DNA of 62,698 nucleotides, the filler included, from Piptocephalis cylindrospora (Eukaryota), in NCBI GenBank assembly GCA_003614145.1. It is 4 parts of 4 records of this genome, joined end to end, with 100 filler letters (N's around TTAATTAATTAA, not from the genome) between each part and the next. Parts side by side here need not be neighbours in the genome. Positions count along the whole stretch, not along the records: positions 15,720 to 31,337 come from KZ987890.1; positions 31,438 to 47,018 come from KZ987891.1; 2 more parts are not named here. One strand, 5' to 3'. Positions 26,901 to 36,543 of this stretch are shown piece by piece (the stretch's first letter is position 1; each line of letters opens with the position of its first letter). Both the position numbers and the translations under genes were made by a program. Under the pieces are notes generated by a model. The model was not told the DNA's origin and did no database searches. It was given only the letters and a program-made list of their open reading frames with translations.

Positions 26901-29717
26901 AACGATATTTGCGTCGCATGGGGTTAATTGGTTAGAGTGTCAGGAATATTTATAGCCACTCTCATTAACAAGCTGCACGGACCAGACCTCCCCAGAGGCA
27001 TCGCACTGAAGTATCCCTCAATATTTACCGGTAAATTGTCAACTTCTCTTTCTAACTCCTTTGATTCCTGGAATGAAACCGGAAAGTAGATAGGGGAAAC
27101 GATGAGATTTGTCACAGAAGAGGATAAAGCATTTCGCGCATTGTCATCAGGGTGTAGCTCTGATTAAGACGAAGGGTGGACTTACATATTTAATACGATC
27201 CATTTCGATGGCTCTCTTTTCAGGGATTCTCAGCTATAGCGCGAGTGAATTGAGGGCGTTAGCCTATGGGTAAAGTTTCTTCTGGCCCATGATAGGAGAT
27301 AGCTCGGCTATTGTTTGAGGTAGTCATCATGCTGTGGGAGTTAGATGGCCTTTGAGAAAATGACCATCTTTTCCATGCCCGCTTGACCTGATTTACATCG
27401 CAGATAGGATAATTGTCTATAAAGCATCTTACTTCATCGTCAGTGGGTCTTGTAGGCCATTCCTTCGGTAGTGGTTTCTTTGTACGAATAATAGCCTATA
27501 GTTTGTGCAGTGGAAGAAATGAAAATGCTATTATTAAATTGAACGCAGGGGAGGCAGAAGCTATTTCTACACTGTCCTAGTGGCGATCCTGCCTCTCACA
27601 AAATCCGCATAGGGTCCATTTCCAAATTAACACAATTCCCTTAACGTTATTGGGGCTATATCATTACTTACGGTATAGAAGGTGAGCTTCCAGATGATAT
27701 CAGATGCCTTGAGCTTCAGTGGTGAAATATCCTACAATAATAAAATGACAAAGATCATTAACGGGACAATTCCAGTGGTACTGGTACGACTGAGACATCA
27801 CGGAGTATTCATGCGAACATCCTAGATAGCTAATTATTTCAATTTGGCATTTACCTCATCGGGCAATTTTTGCCTAATAGCCTTTGCGAGGAACCTAACA
27901 CCTTCAAATGCTTGCTAAGGGGGCATGGGTGAGAAATTTTAGAGGTTTTGAAGGATTGAAGGATGATTAGTTATCCAACCAGTCGGAAAATCCGGGAAGC
28001 GCAGATATTCAATCTGTAAGATGCGCCAAGCGTATCTATCCATACTCAGAATTGGGAAATGACTTACATAACTGGCCCTTCTAATACTTCCTTCTGAGCG
28101 GACCTAAGATATTTTTTGGAGATATCAAGGGTATTAATGAAGGCACCCTTGGAAGAAGACAGTGAAAATACAAATAGTGATGTCTAAGAATTGTGAGGGG
28201 GCTGACATGCGCTCTTACATTAGTATTGGACCGTTCATCCTTCTGGATAAGCGTAATTCCCACAGAGAAGCATATGAAGGTCAAATGGTGAATAGTAAAT
28301 GCCGTTGGGTTGGGTTAGATCGAGGGAAGGAGATGGATATAATGAGATCAAGAGCCTAAGATTACTGATAGATAATGTACTTCCCCTCCGCCTTACCACA
28401 AGCCTGTTGAACCAGGATTCGCCAATCTCGACAGTCTATTTTTTAACGAGAAGTGACAAAATTTGATAAGTAATTGCTTTTGATCATAACGCCTTGAGTT
28501 GGGTATTCACTAGGTAAGCTATCTTCGATGTAACTTACCTGCTTGGCGTCCTGTTTTAGAAGGTGCTAAATAATGGTTCAAAAGATGAAAGAGTATTAAT
28601 TGGAGTAGTCTACTTCCCCATTCCATCCAATGAAATTACCCTATTGCGAGCAACAAAGTCAGGATCGGTTGCCTTTTCAGATTTCTGAATATTATTAGGG
28701 GCGGTACGAACGATCACCTTGTAAGAGAATGACCAAATTTCATCGATAAAAGCGTTCCAAAAAGGATACGACATAGGAGGGTTCCGAGGGAGTTAAAGTA
28801 GGTTAGGTAGGCAGAATTAACTGTAATTTATCCTGAAAACTAGGCTCATAAAGCTCCTCATCCAAAAGGCATCCTTACCCTATCGGGCTGTTTTGGAGTC
28901 ATTTTGTAGTTCGGCGTGGTGGCCGGTACGTAATCGGCGTCTATAAATGCGGATGCACGGTTAATAAGTACTATTGATGTAACCTCTATGTAATAATTGA
29001 AGAAAGTGGCAAGAGAAATGCATACTTTTTTTGACCGTCTAATCGAAAGAGGATGCAGATGAAGGAGGATGATTAGGGATCCGATTGGGATGATAGTAAT
29101 GGGATTGTACACGTTATTAAACAAAAGGTCCATCCGGCTGATTAGTACTACGATAATTGCAAATTTTTACGCTCTGAAGAGATATGGATCCTTACATTCA
29201 TTCCTGGAATGGCGGTCCGGGGATACATCAGCAGAGAAAGGGAGGGTGATCGAAGATGAGTCATGTTGTTATTATTATTAGGGGATGAGATAAGCATGAG
29301 CAAAAGAAAGTGTTATGGTTGGGCGCGGGAATCCACTCATGAAGGCCATGCCATTGATGTCTCCCTATGAGCATTGCACTTTTAAAACAGCACTGCTTGC
29401 AAAACTAACGCATTCGGTTCACAGAGATTACGCAAAGCTACATCATCGGATTGCTTTTCACTTACTTAAAGGGAGAGTGGGCGTAGACGCGCCTATATTC
29501 ACGGGATGGTTAGCGGCTAAATCAACGAGTGAGTGATGGAGAGGACGATATACATAGATCAGTAGATTAGAGCCAGCATTGAGAAGCTTGTGGTTTAGGT
29601 GTAGCAAGAAATGACATGATGAGATGACTTACTGGTACGCGTAGAGCCTGGAGCAACCACATGTTGAGGAAGGAAGGTGAGGCAGGCAACGCTAAGAATA
29701 ACGATGATGAGTCTCAT
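23958..29717 (-). CDS. 31-exon micro-exon gene encoding a ~518-aa secreted orphan protein
   Basis: Manual GT-AG model with an open frame throughout. Exons: 29633-29717, 29466-29516, 29196-29203, 29026-29038, 28879-28940, 28640-28717, 28539-28565, 28397-28435, 28219-28242, 28068-28103, 27855-27914, 27672-27731, 27433-27495, 27186-27233, 27029-27067, 26871-26885, 26755-26784, 26606-26674, 26444-26503, 26183-26278, 26081-26104, 25942-25971, 25784-25849, 25453-25530, 25281-25337, 25121-25159, 24972-24995, 24820-24861, 24672-24737, 24341-24418, 23958-24047. Signal-peptide-like start MRLIIVILSVACLTFLPQHVVA. Confidence 0.8.
24332..26165. repeat. Direct duplication of a ~720-bp four-exon module (24332-~25055 vs 25444-~26165)
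   Basis: Offset is 1112 bp. Core 24386-24681 is identical to 25498-25793 and the flanks are diverged. Confidence 0.95.
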
Positions 29718-29945
29718 GTTGATTGGCGAAGAAAGCAACAAAGGGTTTGAAGAGAGCAGTAGGACAGAGGAAGAGGCAGGAGAGAGAGAAAGGAGTTGAA
29801 GAAGGGTCTCACACAGTGAGAATCTGAGGGTGGATGGATGGGAAGATGTGAATGATTGCGCCAGGCAATGAACCACTTTAACGAGGTAGATGGAAGGATG
29901 GGGTCGCACAAGGGGGGGAGAGAGAGGAGGGAAGAGAGGGATAGA

Positions 29946-30029
29946 GAGAAGGAAGAGGAGGAAGGAGAGAAGGAAGAGGAGGAAGGAGAGAAGGAAGAGG
30001 GAGAGGGGGAGAAGGAAGAGAGGGGGGAG
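29946..30029. repeat. 21-bp purine tandem repeat x4 (gagaaggaagaggaggaagga) upstream of the micro-exon gene
   Basis: Units at 29946, 29967, 29988 and 30009, progressively degenerate. Confidence 0.85.
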
Positions 30030-30339
30030 AGTGGGTGAGAAGAAAATACCATTTATGGGAAAGTTGCCGTGTCGGTGACCCTGTTTTAGAGGGGGATCCT
30101 CAGTATTGCAGCTGATGGGATTTCTATCTGTCTCCTACAGCTTAAGCGGAGGGTCTGGATATTCACTTGGTCCACTGGCGACCATCAACAAAATAACACC
30201 CAATTAAACGCAGCACATTAACTGACGGAGACGAAATGGCAATTGCCGCCAAATTTACTCTCTATGGTATTCCCATCACTAAATCAACTCTGCCATGTAG
30301 CTCCGCTCAAATAACGGCCGTGTATTCGCCATGACACTT

Positions 30340-30900
30340 CACGGCCATGTAAGGTAATTCGGAGTTTGAGTCCTCATCATACTAGATAAAGCTCCATAGT
30401 ATTCAGCGGTAAATCAGGCGGTAGCCTGCTCCCCAGCACCTTGTGGCAAAAGCAGCTGGCCTAAACAACCTTATTCAAGCCTTTCTCAATGGGGCGTATT
30501 CAAGAATCAGCATTATGGCTCATCTTCCACCACTCAGGCACCGGGAGTGAAGGTCTGATCAGCCATCTATATTATACCACGGAGCTCACAGGATTAGGGA
30601 AGGGATGATGGCATTGTCCGGCCTTTTATCTCCTGGTATTTCTGTCGTCCGGTTGCAACGTGCCTTCTCTTTCAATTCAGCTTTTCGAACAAGTGCTCCA
30701 GGAACGTTGATAACCAATCTCAGGTCGACAAATCAAATAGCTCTACATACATCTCGTTCAAGGGTGTGGGACACTGCTAGCCTCTTCAATTAGGAGCTCC
30801 GATACAGACGTATGCTTAGAGGTGAAGGAGCGACCCTGAAGGTCAACATAGGGCACATGCTCATATCGGAGACGGAGTTTTAAACCCTGAGTGAACGAGA
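30340..30900 (-). pseudogene. Possible decayed protein-kinase-like sequence
   Basis: Minus-strand pieces in kinase order: IPGDKRPDNAII (HGDIKPDN-like), MAD, LEYAP, CWGAG, ELPY. Stops and frameshifts throughout. Confidence 0.3.
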
Positions 30901-31337
30901 ACTTAGCCTGTTTTCTACAATCCTTTGGTGAGGCGCACAGTAGCCGATATTAACTTGAATTTCATTACAAATCGTCCAAGAAAGGGGTTGGATCATTCAT
31001 TTCCCATCAGATGAATACGAAAAAGAGGGCCATCACCTAGGAAGACGCAACAGGAATGTACTCTAATCAGATGGCAACCCTTCTTTATGCACCGTCTACT
31101 TTGACGCTAGAAGAGGCATATTAGGCTATGATAGTGTTGATAATTGATCCCAGACAAGCCACCTTGGATCATTCTTCTACTGGGTGAATCGAACAGAAAA
31201 CAACAAAAAGTGTACTGGAGGAGCGAGAGAGGAAAGAAGGGGAAGGGGGGGAAGCGGTTGTGTATGGACAGAGAGGAGAGATGGTATGGTATCAACAAGG
31301 ATGTGGAAGGGAAAGGAGATCATGAGAACAGAGCTAG

Positions 31338-31437
31338 NNNNNNNNNNNNNNNNNNNNNNNNNNNNNNNNNNNNNNNNNNNNTTAATTAATTAANNNNNNN
31401 NNNNNNNNNNNNNNNNNNNNNNNNNNNNNNNNNNNNN
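31338..31437. other. Artificial scaffold linker
   Basis: N44-TTAATTAATTAA-N44. Confidence 0.97.
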
Positions 31438-31512
31438 TTGTCTCCCGGCGTCTCTCTTTTTTACGCTCCCCCCCCCCCCCCCACTATCTCGATCATTCTT
31501 TGTAGAAATACA

Positions 31513-34262
31513 GGCGGCGGGCGGAAAGAAGAAGAATAAGAAGGCCGTCAAGATGAACCTGAACGATTTTCTTGCCGACTCGAGTAGGTGATTCATGGAT
31601 CGCACGCGTAATGAAAACATTTTCCACTGACTCACCTCCACTACTTTCTCTTAGCCACCGGTACCAACTGGGCTGATGAGATGGACGAGCTTCCTTCTGC
31701 ACGTAAGTCTTTCCTTTGTGCTATCTCTTTGGTAGATTGCCCTCATTCAACTCATCCTTCCTCTTCCTGGTTAATAGCCGCTGCTGCCTTTGGTGGTGAT
31801 GTGGGTGGTGATAGTCGATCCCGTGGATTCGGGTCCGAATTCTGTACGTATCCCTCGCATGTGTCACGAATGGTCCTATCCTCACTCATACCTTATCGGA
31901 TCATCGTCCCTGATGCATAGCTCGCGACTTTGCTCCCCGTGGTCCTCAGGTCCTCCCTACCAGCCCTCCATTCACGGCTTATGTTGGAAACCTTCCATAT
32001 GAAAACCTCACTGATGAGTCCCTTACCGAATTTTTCACCGGATGTGCCGTCAAGAATGTTCGCATTATCCGGGATTTCAGTGATCAGCCCAAGGGCTTCG
32101 GCTACGTTGAATTTGAGGATGTCTCCTCTCTCGAAAAGGCCGTTGCTCTTTCTGGTAGCCCCTTGAACGGTCGAAACCTCCGTATCAATATTGCCGAACA
32201 ACGTACGTGTGCTGCCATCCTTTTTTGTTCATATTAAACTCCATCTGTTCATGGAACTCATCCCTTTTTCTCCCCGTGCTCTGCAGCCAAGACGGGATTT
32301 GGAGATCGGGGTGCTGGCCCCGAAAGGTCTGAAACTGATCAGTGGCGTAGGGCCGACTCGGGTTCCTCCACAGATCTTCCCAGGTCTGGGAGCACTGGCG
32401 GCTTTGCTCGAAGGGACTCTTCCTTTAGTCAGGGTGGCGACCTTGGCAGGGCTGATTCCAGCGGTGGTTGGAGAAAGGCCAATGACTTTTCCCCTCAGGA
32501 TGGTCCCACTCCCCCTGGGTCCGCTAGGTCTCCTCGTTTCGGCTTTCGTCGCAATCAGGAAGGAGCTTCCCTGGCTGAAGACACCTCGGATTGGCGTCGG
32601 GACCGTCCAGCCTCCAGGTCTCCCTCTGTGGGCCGGGATATTTCCCGAACCCAGTCGGGTAGCACAGTGGAACGGGGGAGCCGTATGGGCGGTGGAGGCT
32701 TTTCCTCCCATCACACCGGTCCCTCTGACACCACCTGGGGTGGCGGCGCTTTCACTCCTCGACCCGCCGGTCGATCTCCCTCTCGGGACTTTGGTTCCCG
32801 TGATCGGTCTGGGGGCCGCGATAGGTCCTGGGGCCGTCCGGGTCACGCCAAGGATACTTCCTGGGGCGGAGGCGCCTTTACCCCCCGAGGCCGTCGGGAG
32901 GAGCGATCTACGGAGCGGGACACCTCTCGGGACACCTCCTGGGGTGGTGGTGCCTTTACCCCCCACTCTCCTCGTCCCCCCCGTCATGAGGGTGGCTTCG
33001 AAGCTGATGAGGAACGGGGCCGTGGTCCCCCCCGGACCAAGGATACCGAATGGAGCGGTGGCGCCTTCTCTGGCAAGGAGTCTTTTGACCGTAGGCGTAG
33101 CCTGAGGGAAGAGGGTCATGTTGAGGGCGAAGAGGAGACTGATGAGGCTCCCAAAGGCAAGAGCGAGACTGAGCCCACTTGGAGGAGACCCATTGTTGAG
33201 GGTGAGGAAGAAGAGGGTGAAGAGGAAGAGGAGAAGAAGGAAGCTAAGAAGGGCAAGAGCGAGACTGAATCCACTTGGAGGAGGGCCACTGCCGAGGAGG
33301 ATGAGGAGAAGGATGAGAAGGAGCATGAGCACGGAGAGAAGAAGGAATCTAAGAAGAGCAAGAGCGATACCGAATCCACCTGGAGAAGGGCTCCTGCTGA
33401 GGAGGAGGAAGAGAGCAAGGAAGAGGAAGACAAGGAAAAGAAGGAGGATGAGAAGAAGGAAGATGAGAAGAAGAAGGAAAATGAACTTATGGAGAAGGAC
33501 ACCTGGAGGCCTTCGGGCTCATCTCCTTCCAAGTCCACTGGCAGAAGGAATTCCCATCAACCTAAGAACACCTCCTGGAGTGGTGGTGCCTTTTCCCGTG
33601 CCGCCCCCTCTACCTCCCCCGAGGGTGAGGAGACGATTGAGGAGGGTACGGAAGACAAGGAGAAGGGGGAAAAGAAGGATGAGGAGAAGGAGAAGACCAC
33701 AGCCTCCAAGAATACCAGGTCCAACTCGGCCTGGGGCAAGCGTGCCTCAGGCACTGACCGCACCATGTCTGACAAATGGGAACGTGGTGTGCCCCTCCCT
33801 CCCGCCTCCCCCCCGCCTCCCCAGAAAGCCGAGGGTAAGGAGGAGACCGCTGATGCCTCAGCCACCACCGGTGGAGCACGAGCGGACCGACCCAGTCGAG
33901 GCCAGGGGAACAAGACCTGGGGAGGAGAGGATCGGGCCTCCAGATCTGACTGGGGCAGAGGAGGAGCTTCTTCTTCCCCCCGTCCCGAGGGTAATGTCTG
34001 GGAGCAAAAGAATAAGGCCGCTGCCACCAATGCCCCTGCCAAGGAGGACCGCACCCTTGGAGATTGGGGCAAAGCCCGGGCCGAGGCCAAGCCCCGCTCT
34101 GAAGATGTGGAGGCTCCAGTGAAGAAGGATGAGGATAAGCACGAAGAGAAGGGATCTGAGGCAAAGAGGCCCGAGAAGAGGTCTGAGGAGAAGAAAGCTA
34201 CTGCTGCCCCCAGTAAGGCTGATACTGAGGATACTTGGAGGGTAGTGACGAGGAAGAAGTAA
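31513..34262 (+). CDS. TIF3: Translation initiation factor eIF4B (5' start lost in gap) with long repetitive C-terminus
   Basis: KKKNKKAVKMNLNDFL|TNWADEMD, PTSPPFTAYVGNLPY, RRM RNP1 KGFGYVEFED, LNGRNLRINIAE. Continues into ORF 32628..34262. Confidence 0.85.
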
Positions 34263-35030
34263 TCACGGGGAATGATATGTCCACGATGCGTAAGAGGCTC
34301 CTCCTTGTCCTTTGCCGTTATGTCTGGTTGATGAGACGGTATGGGTACTTAAAAGTGTTGAGAAGATGAATATGTGCTGAATGTTGGGCTGTTTTTAGAA
34401 GATCTTTTTACGTAAAATGGGAGATCAATGTGATTGGTTGCTACATATGTTTAAAAGGGTTGGCTGGGTGTTCTTATTATCCCATGATGAGCATACCTAA
34501 TGAGGGGTAGAAGGGGTAATATATTGCACCTTTGCTCCTGGGTAATCCAAGGTAAGAAAAAAATTCAAAGGGAGGTGCAGATGAACAGGATAATATTGTA
34601 TTATGGATAAGTCATCTATTTAAAAAGAAATCGTCAATCCACTCCACTTCCCAAAACTAGCAAGGAAAGATTGAAGGCTCAGACAGTGTGAATACAATTG
34701 GAAGTACTCCCATCGAGGTTGAACTCCTCTCATCCTCTACTCAAGGGTAAAGGGAGAGGAAGATCAGAGCCGTCGAATCGAGGATCCGGTAAGAGGTCAT
34801 CATAGCCAACAGAGCCACAATCTCATGCTCTCACCCTAGAAACAGAGCAAGCAAACACACACACACAAAAGGATGGAAAGCAAGTGTATTGAAAGGTCCG
34901 AGTACTTCACGAAAAAGTACCCATCTCCCATCCAACGACACAGGCAACACCATTCACCCGTGGAAGCGACCGAAAGGTCGTCTTCATCAGGAACCATGTA
35001 GAACACGGCGATAGATGCATAAACCACTTC

Positions 35031-35690
35031 TTAAGCGACGAGGGCAGAGGCAGTGGAGGACTCGCTATAGGAATGTACAAGAAAAAAAGCGGACAATTGC
35101 AGAGCCGAAACCCAAGCAATGTCAAAAAGAAAAATGTGAAGGGGAGGGGAGTAAGAAGGAAAAGGTCAGTGAATGCTCGGATAAAAGTGTACACGCGTCC
35201 TCTGCCATTCCTCTAGCAAGGATTAGTCCCATCACCCCACACCCTCTCCAAAAGCCAAAAGTATTTACTATTTCCAGTTAGGGGGAAGCTGGCCGACGGT
35301 CTTGTAGTAACGAGCAAGACGGTGGATACGGGACTCGACGAGAATGAGACGGAACTTGGAGTCCTTGTCCTTGCGGTTGCGCTCAAGATGCTTGCGGACG
35401 GCGACAGCCTTCTTGATCATGTGGTAGAGATCCTCGGGGATGGCGGGGGCAAGACCGGTACCCTTAAGGATACGGAGGATCTTGTTACCGGTGACGTTCT
35501 TGACCTGGGCAACGCCGTGGGAGTCACGGAGGACAACACCAATCTGGGAAGGAGTCAGACCCTTCTTGGCGAGCTTGGCGATGTGATCGCACACCTCCTC
35601 GGGGGTAACCTTGAGCCAGGAAGGGGGGGTACGACGGTAGGGGAGGGCAGAGGACGAAATGCCCTTACCGGGAGTGTGCATGCGACCCAT
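35031..35690 (-). CDS. RPS13: 40S ribosomal protein S13 (uS15)
   Basis: [18 protein letters not shown]...[17 protein letters not shown]. Intron 35065-35268, giving 151 aa. Confidence 0.98.
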
Positions 35691-36543
35691 GGTTCTGGTG
35701 TGGGTGTGGGGGACTTATCAAAGGGCAAGGGGAAAGTGCGGGACAAAGATGTCGGGCCTAAGAAAGAAAGGAAGAGGGGGAGAAAAGAGGAAGGGGGGAG
35801 AGTGCTGTGGGGGAGTGAGGCGTTGCCAGGGTATTTATCCTCGACGCGACACAGTGATATCCTTTTTCTGCACAATGTGTGTGTATCCAGTCTGAATGAG
35901 GAGGTGATAGGCGTGTGGGTGTACCAATGAAGGGAGGGGAAGGCGGAGCGAAAAAAAAAGTGACACTGTGTGCGTGAGGCATCGGGAGGTGGAAAGGGCT
36001 ATGAACACTGTGGATTCGCTCTATGGCAAATAATGTACAGCAGATAGACACTAGTGAAAATATCATGAAAATGGATGAGAAATTGGTATTGGCTTTTTCC
36101 GGGTATAATTGACCATCGATTAAAATATCTTCGCTTTGTGTAGATTCTGTCACTCAGAGTTTCCCGTCCTAGCCATTCCCCTCGGTCCGTGACAAGGGCG
36201 TGAATTCGCGTAGTCTTTTGGGTGCATTTTCCCCATGTGACAATAAATTTTTCAACAACGAAATATCTTCGCTGTGTATGATGATGATTGGCGATCAATG
36301 GTCCCTGTAGAGCTTCATCAGAGCGGTAACCCAGACAATAAAGCCCTCAATACCAACACTAGCGCTATTCCCACCGGCTATGAAAGCTGATATAGTTTAA
36401 GGATAATACTGCCCTGCATCCGAACTTATAAGCTCTTAAAACCTCATCTTCATTTCCCCGACGAGAAAAGAACAAGGCTTAGATCACCCCCTCCCCCCCC
36501 CTTTCTCCAATGAAAATACACATTAGGCACATACACATGCACC

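Noticed and set aside
32191..34164. Long overlapping ORFs (32191..33105, 32229..33332, 33118..34122, 33610..34164)
   Set aside because: Alternative-frame or antisense shadows of the low-complexity GC-rich eIF4B tail.
34960..35000. Hammerhead ribozyme (CUGAUGA followed by a hairpin on the minus strand)
   Set aside because: No GAAA core after stem II and no stem I/III pairing found.
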